From assembly GCF_001194135.2 (NCBI RefSeq), contig NC_068999.1:49722254-49786253 (forward strand): 64,000 nt of DNA, in the 5' to 3' direction. This document shows positions 51,228 to 64,000 of the stretch, one piece after another. This DNA comes from Octopus bimaculoides. Lineage: Eukaryota. Under the pieces are notes generated by a model, which made no database searches, had not been told where the DNA came from, and worked only from the letters and a program-made list of their open reading frames with translations. Within the stretch, counting starts at the first letter, position 1, and every line of letters starts with the position of its first letter. A program made the translations under genes and the position numbers.

Positions 51228-51445
51228 CTATAGTATAAATAGTGGAGAATATATTAGGGAATATAACAGAAAAGTAATACTAAACAGAAGATGAAAGGAA
51301 GAGAAGCTAAAAACGCTTAATATTTTCTTTAGGCTGTTAATGTACACAGAAATGGAATGGGAGGGATTTTTATCTGGAGCAGTGTAATTAATAAGTAAGA
51401 GAGTGGGGTATTTAATGTTGAATGGAATGGAAATGAGATATTGTA
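51228..51445 (-). pseudogene. Possible degraded LINE apurinic-endonuclease segment
   Basis: YPTLLLINYTAPDKNP resembles the LxNxYAP motif of APE domains; the expected downstream GDFN motif is not recognisable. Confidence 0.3.
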
Positions 51446-51506
51446 TAGTATGTAAACATAACAACAGGTGTTTGTTAGAGAAAAAGGAGGATGATAATGA
51501 AATTGG

Positions 51507-51690
51507 TGCCTCTTTGTGGTCAAAGATTTGGTGCATTATATAACTGTGAATACCAAATCAACCGCGAAGTCTTACACTGGATTAACATTTAATCCTTTTA
51601 AACATTGCTTTTATCAACACCTGTATACTTTGCGTGAATACAACAGAAGCAATTTGGCCTCTCATTCAATAGTGCACATTTGTCACTCTC
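51507..51690 (+). pseudogene. Penelope-like element GIY-YIG endonuclease fragment
   Basis: (C)PLCG in one frame, then VKDLVHYITVNTKSTAKSYTGLTFNPFKHCFYQHLYTLR in another. This fits the PLE pattern CPLxG..K..VY..TV....K.YIGLT.N.FK.R...H...FR. Confidence 0.75.
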
Positions 51691-52028
51691 ATTTTTTTTT
51701 TTTCACCTCTTTACCATTTATATAGAGACTTCAGTTCTGCTAAAGGGATTCGTTGCATGAAGGCCGATCCGACTCATTGGTCTCTTCTCCCATCATCATC
51801 AATGCATTTTTCTCTCGTTATCCTAAAATAGCTCACTGAACACTCAGGAAATAAAGTTGCACATTATACTTATACCTCTGACCACCAAACTATAGAAACT
51901 CAGAGACCGCAACCACCTTAAGCGGTGCCAAATCTTTCATATTTATACAGGAGAAAGACAGGACTAAACGAAAACACATTCCTAATGATCTTACTTCAAC
52001 AGGACAATTGCCCGCTCCCCTGAAATCA

Positions 52029-52160
52029 CTGCAACATCGATGGAAGGAGTGTGTGGAGCGCAATGGGGGGGGGGGACTATGTTGAAAAATATAGCTCACC
52101 TGGTCAGATTACATGAGAGCATCTTTATCAATCGTATGAACTTTTCAGACGGTCCTTGTA
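52029..52160 (+). mobile_element. Mariner transposase C-terminus plus 3' TIR
   Basis: LQHRWKECVERNG-(G11 frameshift)-DYVEK matches the mariner terminal L..RW.KC....GDY.E motif; TIR revcomp TACAAGGACCGTCTGAAAAGTTCATAC ends at a TA. Confidence 0.85.
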
Positions 52161-52516
52161 TTCCACTCACACGAAGATGTGTATAAAAACAAATAAAATC
52201 TGAAAAGCAAAAACAATCTTCAACAAATGTTTCATCCTTTATGTTCCATCAGATCAACTGACGGGTAGATGAATGGATAGACAGTCAGAAAGATTGACAG
52301 ACGGATCGATGGATAAATAGACAGAAAGGCAGACAACCAGCTAGATGGATAGATAGATAGATAGGTAGGTAGGTAGGTAGGTAGGTAGGTAGATACATAC
52401 ATGCATATATAGATAGAATGGCAATTACGTATATACAAATATTGACAGATAGGTAGAGATAGATATATAAATTAATACATTGACAGATAAGTATATACAA
52501 AAATTGTCAGACACAC

Positions 52517-52561
<45 letters not shown>

Positions 52562-52633
52562 GAGACAGAGAGACAGAGAGAGAGAGAAAGAGAGGGAGAG
52601 AGAGATGAAAGGGAATCAAAGTTTCAACGTACA

Positions 52634-52825
52634 CAGGAGTGTAGTTCGTGTGAGAGAGCATGTATTACTTTGATAGTTTTAAATAGGATTATATTCAGGG
52701 AATTGTATCGTTTGGATTAAACGATTTTGAAAGGATTTCGTACAATTTCTCTCTCTTTTTTCCCCCATTGTCTTGAGATAATTTTATTAAAGCTATACAC
52801 GTAACAGGCTTAATATCTATATTAT
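52634..52825 (+). repeat. Unclassified AT-rich dispersed repeat, copy 2
   Basis: Colinear with 22553-22740. Confidence 0.85.
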
Positions 52826-52907
52826 TTTGTAATGGTCGCTGTTCTTGTATTTGTTGTTGCTGATCTCGTCATCGTCGTCGTCGTCGTCCTTGCTTTTACC
52901 ATATTCC

Positions 52908-52947
<40 letters not shown>

Positions 52948-53146
52948 TTTGTTGTTTTTATATGTATTGTGATTCTTCGTTTCCTCTTCTTGCTATGATG
53001 GCGGTGTTATTTCTAAAGATTGTATTTCACATTGGCATTATTGTTGTCGTCTAGCCCCAGGTATCCGCTAAGCGAGCAAACACAGAATCTTTACCCCCCC
53101 CCACACACACACTCCCCACCTTATTTTATTTCCTCAATCATTGTAT

Positions 53147-53400
53147 ATGTGGCTGTGTGGTAAGAAATTAACATCCCAACAAAAGGGCTCCGGGTTCAGT
53201 CCCACAGCGTGACACCTTGGGCATGTGTATTCTACCATGACTCCCGGGTCGATTAAAGCTCCGTGAGTGGATTTGGCAGACGGAAACTGAACGAAACCCG
53301 TCACATATGTGTGTGCGTGTGTGTGTGTATTATATGTTTACATTTATATGTTTATCTATAACTCTGTGTTTGTGTGTGTGCGCGCGTGCGTGTGTTGTAG
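53147..53400 (+). mobile_element. SINE family A 5' half
   Basis: gtggctgtgtggtaag...ggttcagtccc...ccttgggc...gtggatttggcagacggaaactg. Confidence 0.88.
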
Positions 53401-53881
53401 CATATATATATATATATATATATATANNNNNNNNNNNNNNNNNNNNNNNNNNNNNNNNNNNNNNNNNNNNNNNNNNNNNNNNNNNNNNNNNNNNNNNNNN
53501 NNNNNNNNNNNNNNNNNNNNNNNNNNNNNNNNNNNNNNNNNNNNNNNNNNNNNNNNNNNNNNNNNNNNNNNNNNNNNNNNNNNNNNNNNNNNNNNNNNNN
53601 NNNNNNNNNNNNNNNNNNNNNNNNNNNNNNNNNNNNNNNNNNNNNNNNNNNNNNNNNNNNNNNNNNNNNNNNNNNNNNNNNNNNNNNNNNNNNNNNNNNN
53701 NNNNNNNNNNNNNNNNNNNNNNNNNNNNNNNNNNNNNNNNNNNNNNNNNNNNNGGGGGGGGGGGTCATTCTCTTTTAGTGCCTTATTATTTAACACACTC
53801 ACCGGTAAAATTTCCACTCATTTACTTATTAATTCTTCTAAAATTTTCTTTGTCTTCACCATCATTATCATCATCATCATT

Positions 53882-53930
<49 letters not shown>

Positions 53931-54400
53931 CCTTCTTCTTGCTTTCTTTCATCTTTTCCTTCTTTTTCCATCTTCCTTCCTTCCTCCGCCTCTTCCTCCA
54001 CTATTTTCTTCTTCATCTTCCCTATATCCTCCCCACTCCCCCTCTCTCTCTCTCTTCTAGTTATCTATCCTTAGATGCAACAATCAAAGCCATACACATT
54101 CAACTACATAAGGAAAATTGATCTCAGTGAAATACCTCACAAACAAGAGACACATTTATTTACATTGCGTACAAACAAACACGGTTATCTACATGTATGT
54201 TTACAGTTAAGCAAGCTTCTTAATTACACTCGCGCACTTACACGGCTAAAGGTATATATACGCACACTCACAAACGCATGCAAGCTCACTCTCACGCACA
54301 CACACACATACACACATGCACATGCGCATGTACACACAAACATGTATACATACATATGCATATGTATGATTGTGTGTGTATGTATGTATGTATTTATGTG

Positions 54401-54439
<39 letters not shown>

Positions 54440-55246
54440 NNNNNNNNNNNNNNNNNNNNNNNNNNNNNNNNNNNNNNNNNNNNNNNNNNNNNNNNNNNNN
54501 NNNNNNNNNNNNNNNNNNNNNNNNNNNNNNNNNNNNNNNNNNNNNNNNNNNNNNNNNNNNNNNNNNNNNNNNNNNNNNNNNNNNNNNNNNNNNNNNNNNN
54601 NNNNNNNNNNNNNNNNNNNNNNNNNNNNNNNNNNNNNNNNNNNNNNNNNNNNNNNNNNNNNNNNNNNNNNNNNNNNNNNNNNNNNNNNNNNNNNNNNNNN
54701 NNNNNNNNNNNNNNNNNNNNNNNNNNNNNNNNNNNNNNNNNNNNNNNNNNNNNNNNNNNNNNNNNNNNNNNNNNNNNNNNNNNNNNNNNNNNNNNNNNNN
54801 NNNNNNNNNNNNNNNNNNNNNNNNNNNNNNNNNNNNNNNNNNNNNNNNNNNNNNNNNNNNNNNNNNNNNNNNNNNNNNNNNNNNNNNNNNNNNNNNNNNN
54901 NNNNNNNNNNNNNNNNNNNNNNNNNNNNNNNNNNNNNNNNNNNNNNNNNNNNNNNNNNNNNNNNNNNNNNNNNNNNNNNNNNNNNNNNNNNNNNNNNNNN
55001 NNNNNNNNNNNNNNNNNNNNNNNNNNNNNNNNNNNNNNNNNNNNNNNNNNNNNNNNNNNNNNNNNNNNNNNNNNNNNNNNNNNNNNNNNNNNNNNNNNNN
55101 NNATATATACATATACATATATATATATATATACATATAGATAGATAGATAGTTATAAATGTATGATTGTGTAAATATGTTTTTCTGTATCTGTCTATCT
55201 CTGTATATGTACGTACATATTTATATAGATACACGTACAGACATAT

Positions 55247-55295
<49 letters not shown>

Positions 55296-55808
55296 GTTAG
55301 TACCATTACGAAAACATCGCAATACACATCTTGTATTCATTTACGTACGCAAGTACGCATTAAGTCGACCACAATCCAAGTACACGCCCACTTCTTTCCT
55401 CCACATACATGCATGACTTTAAAGCGTACATCCCTTCATACTCGCTTACACCAAAAACTAACTTTGCAACAGCACTCTTATATAAAGGAATCTAATCATG
55501 CTTAGTAACAGAATTTATAATAATAAAAATAACACTCAGTCTTATACACATTTACTACTTTGTCTCACTCAATATGAACACCCAGTCACATACATTTATA
55601 TGAGAATGTTTGATTTTGATTGTGTTCTAGAGAACTCACTATTCGTGGTAATGGCGATATGACGTCTATATTTAGCATATTAGGAGTCCACTTTGGTGGT
55701 CATTCCTCTTAATTTTGTGTGTAATATAATTTTTAATCTTCGGGTTTTTTAAATATGCTAAGCCACTGGTTTTAATTGATTAATATCAATTTCTACCCTC
55801 ATTATTTA

Positions 55809-55866
<58 letters not shown>

Positions 55867-55884
55867 TTGTGTGTGTGTGTGTGT

Positions 55885-55924
<40 letters not shown>

Positions 55925-55928
<4 letters not shown>

Positions 55929-56120
55929 TTGTGTGTCTCTGTTTATCGCTCCAACATCGCTTGACAACCGATGCTGGTGTGTTTACGTCCCCGTAATCTA
56001 GCAGTTCGGCAAAAGAGACCGATAGAATAAGTACTAGGCTTACGAAGAATAAGTCCTGGGGTCGATTTGCTCGAATAAAGGCGGTGCCCCAAACGACTGA
56101 AACAAGTAAAAGAGTAAAAG
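55925..56120 (+). mobile_element. SINE family A 3' half
   Basis: ccaacatcgcttgacaaccgatgctggtgtgtttacgtccccg...gaataagtcctggggtcgatttgctcg. Confidence 0.92.
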
Positions 56121-56237
56121 AGTATATAAATGTGTGTGTGCGTGCGTGTACGGCCATATGGTTAATACAATTTATAGCGATGGGCAAATGTATTGAAACA
56201 AAACTTGGAGACGCTTATGCCTTGTTAATAAAATTAG

Positions 56238-56279
56238 GTATACGGAAACTGTGGGAAAGCTCTTCAGATCAGATAGATG
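56238..56279 (+). CDS. Candidate coding exon (42 nt, phase 1-1), xIRKLWESSSDQID
   Basis: Acceptor aaaattAG (weak pyrimidine tract), donor ATG|gtaaaa. Confidence 0.25.
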
Positions 56280-56793
56280 GTAAAAGATTCTTAGCTGAAA
56301 TTTTGCCAAACACTGTGTCACAATGACTCTGTCTGATAATAATTTTAAAAGGTGTTAACTACGGTCTACTCAGCTAAATTACTCTATAATCCAATGACTC
56401 GGCAGTTCCGTTGACCAGACAACTGGAATACTCATTCGTGATAACTGAGGCGATCACCAATAAAAAAAAAAAAAATAGACAAAGAGAGGAAATCCGCATT
56501 TCCTTCAAATACAAACAAAAACTGTCTTGAATGGAATTGGTACGGCTGACGGTGCAGCCATGATAGTGATGTCTAAACACTGTCGCTTCTACTGGCAAAC
56601 AAAATATTATTCCGTCCGGTAAACATCTTGCCAAACATGTTGGCAACATTGTTAGACAAACATTGACAGATTTTTTTTTTTTTTAATTAAACAAGCTGTT
56701 AACACTAGAAATAGGAAGGGACAGAGCGGAGAGAGAGAAGGGTGAACACAAATGAGGGATATATAAATCGTATGTGTGTGTACGTGTGTATGA

Positions 56794-56831
<38 letters not shown>

Positions 56832-56874
56832 AATATATATACTTTATTTGTATATACACACGCACACACACACA

Positions 56875-56906
<32 letters not shown>

Positions 56907-57069
56907 CAGACACAGAGAGAGAGAGAGAGCAAGAGAGAGAGAGCAAGAGNNNNNNNNNNTATGTACAGACACAGAGAGAGAGAGAGAGCAAGAGAGAGAG
57001 AGCAAGAGAGAGAGAGCAAGAGAGAGAAAAATGAACAGATAAACCGAAATGGAAAAAAGATAATTGAAA

Positions 57070-57144
<75 letters not shown>

Positions 57145-57307
57145 CAAAGTGGTGCATTATGGTGATAGAGTCAATTAAGTAGACCAGAGACGAGAGAATT
57201 CGATTGGTATTAATTTAATTAACCTCAGGAGAAAGAAAAGCGAAGACCAATCCGGTGGGATTTGATTTCAGAATATAAAAGCACGCCGTACATGACAAAA
57301 ATGACGA

Positions 57308-57332
57308 CAGCAGCAGCAGCAGCAGCAGCACC

Positions 57333-57367
<35 letters not shown>

Positions 57368-57376
57368 AAGCACAAT

Positions 57377-57432
<56 letters not shown>

Positions 57433-57433
57433 A
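57308..57433. repeat. (CAG)n then (TAG)n compound microsatellite
   Basis: Directly visible. Confidence 0.95.
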
Positions 57434-58159
57434 GTACTAGTAATTTCTAACTTACGTTCATGGCCACGTACTCTGCTGGGGTAAATAACTTGGCCGGTCG
57501 ATGAAACGAAGAAACACTCAAGTAAATGACTGTCATTTAATTTTATCGACCCCGAGCAAAGTAACAAATGACTTCGACATCAGAAGGATTCGAAGACAGA
57601 ACGTAAAATACAAAATAGTTTAGTATTTCTGCCGATCGCAACTTATCGATGACCATTGATCTACACTTTCTTAGAATTAATCTATGATTAAATACACTTG
57701 GCAATTATTTCACAAGCTGAACGATGTAGAGTTTGGGATAACATTGTGTTTGTGTGAAGCTCTATTTCAAATTGGTCCGAAACTCTTAAGGAAATTTTTA
57801 TAATGTTGCAACAGATCTATGGAAGAATTCTAAAAGAGTATTTCTCATGATGACGGAGCACATTTTATAGCAAATGCACAAGATCTAGTAATTGAAATGT
57901 TTGCTCCAGTCATAGTTACTCGCATTGAAAAAGTACTCCATAAGTCATATCAGTTTATATGATATATCAGTCAATAAACATATTTATAAACATTGTCAAT
58001 ATCACATACAGTATGTGTGTTGTGTATGTATGTGTATTGTGAAACGCTTCAAAGCTGTGGTATTTCATCTTAAAGAAGCCACTTTACAGAAATGTAATGT
58101 TAAAAACACAGCATAATTCAAAGCTAAGCGAAACGAAATCACCACAGAAGTAGACATGA

Positions 58160-58206
58160 GTGACATATATCGATATTTCGAGACTATTTCCGCTCATCAG
58201 TGTCGC
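58160..58206 (-). ncRNA. Minimal type I hammerhead ribozyme motif (Penelope/retrozyme type)
   Basis: Minus strand GCGACA-CTGATGA-GCGGAAATAGTCTC-GAA-ATATCGATAT-A-TGTCAC: intact catalytic core, stem I 5 of 6 bp, palindromic stem III, AUA cleavage triplet, weak stem II. Confidence 0.7.
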
Positions 58207-58634
58207 ATACTTCTCCACATCCGAAACGAATCGCAACAGCCATCCCGAAGTGTGTATACGAATAGCATAAAATCTATTTGCTGATGTGCGAAAGCTTCCT
58301 ACGAGTAAAATAAAATTCGAATTTTAAGTTGGAAGCAGCTCAGTAGCGTAAACATTAACAATATCAGATACTTAATGTGTATGTGTGTTGTTAAAGACTA
58401 AAATGTTGTGGCATTTCATCTAAGAGAAACCCTTTCAAAGACGTACAGCTGTTGTGAGGGTTTAGTCAGCGCCATCTTAAGACATGGACACACTGGACTG
58501 CTACTCAGGGACCTCAATTCTGATCTATCTATGTTGTGGTTTACTGTTCATGAATAAATACTACAGGGTTCAGATCATTGGTTTTGCCCCGGGGGATTAT
58601 AATGTTGCTAATATTTATTTCAGTAGATGGTAGT

Positions 58635-59010
58635 CTACAATGTTGTGAGCAGAATGGTGCTGTCTGCTGGTGTTTGGTAGAGTAGGCGGTGATGCAGGTA
58701 GATGCGGTATTCTACTAGGATTTCGTGAAGTAGATGGTGACTTAATGTCGTGTGATCATGATATGGTGTGTTTGTGCTTGGTCGAGTGGACCGTGGAGTA
58801 AGTAGCGTTGTGTGGAGTGCTGGAATTTGGTACATTCGATGGTGGTATGGCGTACTGATGCACGTTGTGACGTGGTGTGATGTACTAGGATTTATTTGGT
58901 GGAGTAAAAGGTGGTGTGGTGAGGTGTTGTGCGGTGGCATTTGGTTAAGTGGATGGCGGTGTGGCGCATGGTCGAGGCTTACTCGAGTCGGTATTAGCGG
59001 CGAGAACCAG
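58635..59010. repeat. G/T-skewed degenerate repeat tract
   Basis: Recurrent gtggtgtg, tactaggattt (twice) and ggtcgag (twice). Confidence 0.55.
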
Positions 59011-59180
59011 AATATGATATATCGCTTTACACTGTTTGACTCCGCTGCGCAATTGATCAAAGCAGTTATTGTCTGAAAACGACATCAACGAAGAGGAGCA
59101 GGAGGAAGAAGGGAAAGCAAGAAAGAAAGAAAGAAAGAAAGAAAGGGCAGATGAAGATGAGAAACTGGGTGAACGAGAGC

Positions 59181-59270
<90 letters not shown>

Positions 59271-59426
59271 AAGATAAAGAAAGATAATGAAAGAAAGTTA
59301 AACACTCAGAATGGTTATAGTTGTGTGCGTGTATGTATGTGTATGTGTGTGCGCGCGTATGAGTGTGTATGTATGTATACACACGCATATAAATATATAT
59401 GATTATATATAAATGTATAGACACAA

Positions 59427-59468
<42 letters not shown>

Positions 59469-60290
59469 TTATATATAGCTAGGCGCAATGTATTACCATA
59501 AAGGGANNNNNNNNNNNNNNNNNNNNNNNNNNNNNNNNNNNNNNNNNNNNNNNNNNNNNNNNNNNNNNNNNNNNNNNNNNNNNNNNNNNNNNNNNNNNNN
59601 NNNNNNNNNNNNNNNNNNNNNNNNNNNNNNNNNNNNNNNNNNNNNNNNNNNNNNNNNNNNNNNNNNNNNNNNNNNNNNNNNNNNNNNNNNNNNNNNNNNN
59701 NNNNNNNNNNNNNNNNNNNNNNNNNNNNNNNNNNNNNNNNNNNNNNNNNNNNNNNNNNNNNNNNNNNNNNNNNNNNNNNNNNNNNNNNNNNNNNNNNNNN
59801 NNNNNNNNNNNNNNNNNNNNNNNNNNNNNNNNNNNNNNNNNNNNNNNNNNNNNNNNNNNNNNNNNNNNAGAATCAACAGAGGAATGTTTTACGGATGAAG
59901 TGAAGCAGAGCCAAACAATATCTATTTTAGTCTGGAGACAATAGACCATGTTGCATGTAGAGAGAGAGAGAAACACAGAGAGAGCGAGAGAGAGAAAGAG
60001 AGAGAGAGTGGGGCGATCTATTGAACAAAGAGATTACGGAAAGACGTTTTGAGATTGAGAGAAAGAGTAAAAAAGATTGATGGAATGAGAGGGGTCGAAA
60101 GAAAAAGAGAAAAGCAGAGAGGGAAAGAGACTTGTTGGCGAGGACAGCTCTTCAAACAGAAAGGTAAAAATATTGCTTCGATGTACATATACACTTATAC
60201 ACTTATGTCCACAGACACTTAAACATACACATATACAGGCATATAGATGTATATACATATACGCGCGTATGCATACATACATACATACAG

Positions 60291-60431
60291 AGCGGGTGTG
60301 TGGTAAGAAGATTGCTTCCCAACCACATAGTTCCAGGTTCAGTCCCACAGCGTGCCACCTTCTACTGTAGCCTCGCGTTGACTAAAGCCTTATGAGTGGT
60401 TTTGGTAGACGGAAACTGAAAGAAGCCCGTC

Positions 60432-60435
<4 letters not shown>
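60291..60435 (+). mobile_element. SINE family A 5' half with an internal deletion
   Basis: gtgtgtggtaagaagattgcttcccaaccacat...ggtagacggaaactgaaagaagcccgtc. Confidence 0.88.
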
Positions 60436-60482
<47 letters not shown>

Positions 60483-60520
60483 TGTACGCGCGTGTGTGTA
60501 TGTATATATTTATATATATA

Positions 60521-60564
<44 letters not shown>

Positions 60565-61726
60565 TATATACATATATATATGTGTGTGTATATATCTATA
60601 CACACACATACATACACACACACATATAAACATACATACAGACATACATATATAAACATACACGTGCACGGAACAGTAGATTGGTATTCAAAATACATAG
60701 GATTGTTTTGACAGTGTTCTGGTGAACATTTTCTGTGTTGATGTTTCCATTTACGGCAATACTAAATCTCTAAAGTTCTTTTGTTTCTCTCTCTATCTCT
60801 CTATCTCTCTTTCTTATACTTTATTATGTTGCTTTGTGTGCGACGGGGGATGCACTCAAAAGAACATTCCAACTTCCATGGCATAAAATCGTTTAGAGAT
60901 GTCTTGCCAACACCGTAGAAACGCCGGTTAATCGTATGTTGACCCTACTTATAGATTCTACCTGTTCCACCAGCTGTTATAACTCTCTCACACTGTCTAC
61001 CTCTGAGGCTAAGTGCTTTTGACCTAATGCAGTTTATTTCGGCGATGCGATAAGTAACTTAAACGATTCGGTCTTCACTGGCACAACAACAATTTACTAT
61101 CTATTTTTCGTGATTCTAAAACAAAATTGTCTTTTCGAAAAAAGAAAAAAAAAATGATAAAATATAAGTAACATGTTATTGCTTTCTTCTTCATTCGAAA
61201 CAATACACTTTTTCACTCACTACTATTTCTAGTAAAGATATCTGATACCTGGAGACGATTCCTGACAAGCTTGCAAAACCAATTTAATCCAGTGAAGCTG
61301 TCATTCTATATATCATGCTAGAATAACTCAAAGGCGTTCTCTGAACCAATTTAGCACATTTTGGTTAAACGTTATGTTCTAATTAGCCCTCAGCAGGTGA
61401 CGAGAAAGCAGTAGATTTTTATGACTTTAGGACTAATAGATGCATCTGAGATAAGAATGAGAAAGAAAAAAAAAATACTTGGTGTTCTAATTCTTGACTC
61501 CTTAGAGCACTGCAGGTCAAATTATGTAGCAGTTATATTTTTGGTTTAAATGCTTGAAACACTTTTCATTAACCTCTATTTCTACATTTGTGTTTTATTG
61601 TATTTCTTGGTACATAAGACACATTTTCCCCCAAAAAAATTCTCAAGAAATCACCGCAGGTTCTATATGCGAAGTTGGGCCGTATTACATGCTTTAATGC
61701 ACTAAAAAAATTTCCCTCTCTCTCTC

Positions 61727-61763
<37 letters not shown>

Positions 61764-62445
61764 CTCTCCCTCCATCTCTCTCTTTCTTTCTCACTTTCTC
61801 TTTCTTTTTCTCTCTGAATATGTGCTGCTTAAACTGTGGTGCGTCTAATATGTCTGTGCAACTTTTATGCCATTAAATGGGAGAAAGGGAGANNNNNNNN
61901 NNNNNNNNNNNNNNNNNNNNNNNNNNNNNNNNNNNNNNNNNNNNNNNNNNNNNNNNNNNNNNNNNNNNNNNNNNNNNNNNNNNNNNNNNNNNNNNNNNNN
62001 NNNNNNNNNNNNNNNNNNNNNNNNNNNNNNNNNNNNNNNNNNNNNNNNNNNNNNNNNNNNNNNNNNNNNNNNNNNNNNNNNNNNNNNNNNNNNNNNNNNN
62101 NNNNNNNNNNNNNNNNNNNNNNNNNNNNNNNNNNNNNNNNNNNNNNNNNNNNNNNNNNNNNNNNNNNNNNNNNNNNNNNNNNNNNNNNNNNNNNNNNNNN
62201 NNNNNNNNNNNNNNNNNNNNNNNNNNNNNNNNNNNNNNNNNNNNNNNNNNNNNNNNNNNNNNNNNNNNNNNNNNNNNNNNNNNNNNNNNNNNNNNNNNNN
62301 NNNNNNNNNNNNNNNNNNNNNNNNNNNNNNNNNNNNNNNNNNNNNNNNNNNNNNNNNNNNNNNNNNNNNNNNNNNNNNNNNNNNNNNNNNNNNNNNNATT
62401 ATATATATGTGTATAATGTATTATATGTTATGTATATATATGCAT

Positions 62446-62500
<55 letters not shown>

Positions 62501-62729
62501 ATATATATATATACATATCTACAAAGAGAGTGAAAAATATATAGACACATGCATACATACATACATACATACAGACAGACATACATACAGACATACATAC
62601 ATTCATGCATACATACATATATACATACATGCATACATGCATGCACAAACACATGTGCATACACACACACATTTTACACATATGGTCAGAAGCAATGCTG
62701 AACAGTTTTGATGTCACTTCTTGATCTTC

Positions 62730-62870
62730 ATAACTGGCATTCCGTCGGGTTCCAGTTGATCCGATCAACGGGACAGCCTGGTCGTGAAACTGCGTTCAAG
62801 AGACTGAGCACTCCACAGACACCCGTACTTTTAACGTAGATCTCATTTTTCCCAGCTGAGTCAAATTTAA
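62730..62870 (-). mobile_element. SINE family D-related 3' module, internally deleted
   Basis: ccagttgatccgatcaacgg...gagcactccacagacacccgtac...aacgtag; matches 35165-35405. Confidence 0.82.
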
Positions 62871-63266
62871 TTCCACGGTAGAGCAACTACACCACTGTAA
62901 CCCAAACTGCTGTCACCTTGAGGTTTTAGAAATATGCTCAAAAATTATTATATTCCAAGATACACTTACGTGGAATGAGACGAAGGGATCATGGCTGGAA
63001 TACTTTCGAAGGTAAATTCTTCTCAATCGAGATTAAGCTGGCGATGGAAGATGAAGGCTAAACAACTATAACAATAACATGAAGTGTAGAGCTCCTTCAC
63101 TGTGTTAGGTATTGATTGTGTCTAGATGTTGAATCGTAGTTAGCAAACTATACAGACGAGCATATTCGTAAATTTTTACTAATGGATAAACACGTACTTT
63201 CATCAGTTGCTCATACATTTCTATATCTTGTTTTATGAGAAAGGTCAATGTTTATAACCTCTGCAG

Positions 63267-63367
63267 GTCATTGCAAGCTGCTGAGTTCAATGTGGTCGAT
63301 GTCCAGCGCGACCATCTGCTGGTCGATATCAAAAGGTCGTTGACAGAGAACGGACTGGCAGTGGGTG
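63267..63367 (+). CDS. Candidate coding exon (101 nt, phase 2-1), SLQAAEFNVVDVQRDHLLVDIKRSLTENGLAVG
   Basis: Acceptor ataacctctgcAG, donor GTG|gtaatt, GC-rich island, open frame. Confidence 0.45.
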
Positions 63368-63892
63368 GTAATTATTCCACTGAAAATGTCTGCAAATTAT
63401 TGAAATCTGTTCAAGACACTCAAAGAACATGTAAAAGTCTTCGATCTGGAATTAAAAAAAACAAAACAGAAACGGTATATTAATCTATGATACAGACATA
63501 AGGTCACGCGAGTTGGGAGGCGGTCTTATGTGTCTGTCTGTCTCTCTGTCTGTGTCTGTGTGTGTGTAGCCTATAAAAAGCTATTGACCGATATTTACTT
63601 TATCGACAACGAAAGGATGCAAGCAATGTTTCATCTCGGACGGATTTGAATATAAACATATTTTCTCTTATTTGTTTCAGTCAGTTGGGGTACCGTCTTG
63701 AACGGTTTTCTTCGAAAAAATTGACCCCAGAATGTTTTAAGTTTGGTAGGCGTGGCTGTGTGGTAAAATGCCTTCTAGTATAGCCGCCTTACTGTCTACA
63801 GATTATTGTGTATGTTGTTATAACTGTTGCTTGATTACATAGACTCTCATATTAGTTGCCTCCGAATTACAATTTAACCCCCTCATCCTTTA

Positions 63893-64000
63893 TCTGGCAG
63901 AAGCGTTAGCACGACGGGCGAAATGCTTAGTGGTATTTAGTCTGTCTTTATGTTCGAGTTCAAATTCCGTCGAGGTTAACTTTGCTTTTCATCCTTTCGG
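63893..64000 (+). mobile_element. SINE family B copy running off the window end
   Basis: ctggcagaagcgttagcacgacgggcgaaatgcttag...gagttcaaattccg...ttttcatcctttcgg. Confidence 0.88.

Noticed and set aside
56900-57020. Duplicated tatgtacagacacagagag... block
   Set aside because: Same 10-N overlap artefact.

Overview
AT-rich eukaryotic draft-assembly DNA, very dense in microsatellites, with about 30 N-gaps that mostly begin or end inside simple repeats. The repeat families resemble those I recall from octopus (coleoid cephalopod); this is inference from memory, not a database result. Almost all of the supplied ORFs are translations of microsatellites or gaps. There is no rRNA, intact tRNA, CRISPR array or intact transposon ORF. 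The window is dominated by at least three tRNA-derived SINE families, called A, B and D here (boundaries approximate, about 10 bp), plus short relics of Tc1/mariner, Penelope-like (GIY-YIG; minimal hammerhead ribozyme), R4/Dong-like (RLE), MULE-like and Kolobok-like elements. Several small GT-AG exon candidates on the + strand form a phase-consistent chain (best exon 24231-24398) that may belong to an unidentified gene, possibly with a WSC-like domain. I found no clear new multi-gene system. The most interesting signals are: (1) a minimal type I hammerhead ribozyme at 58160-58206; (2) one SINE copy at 36657-37250 carrying both a (TTAGGG)7 tract grown from its own A-box region and a nested MITE whose TIRs carry octamer plus CCAAT motifs; (3) a Dong-like RLE fragment fused to (TAA)n.
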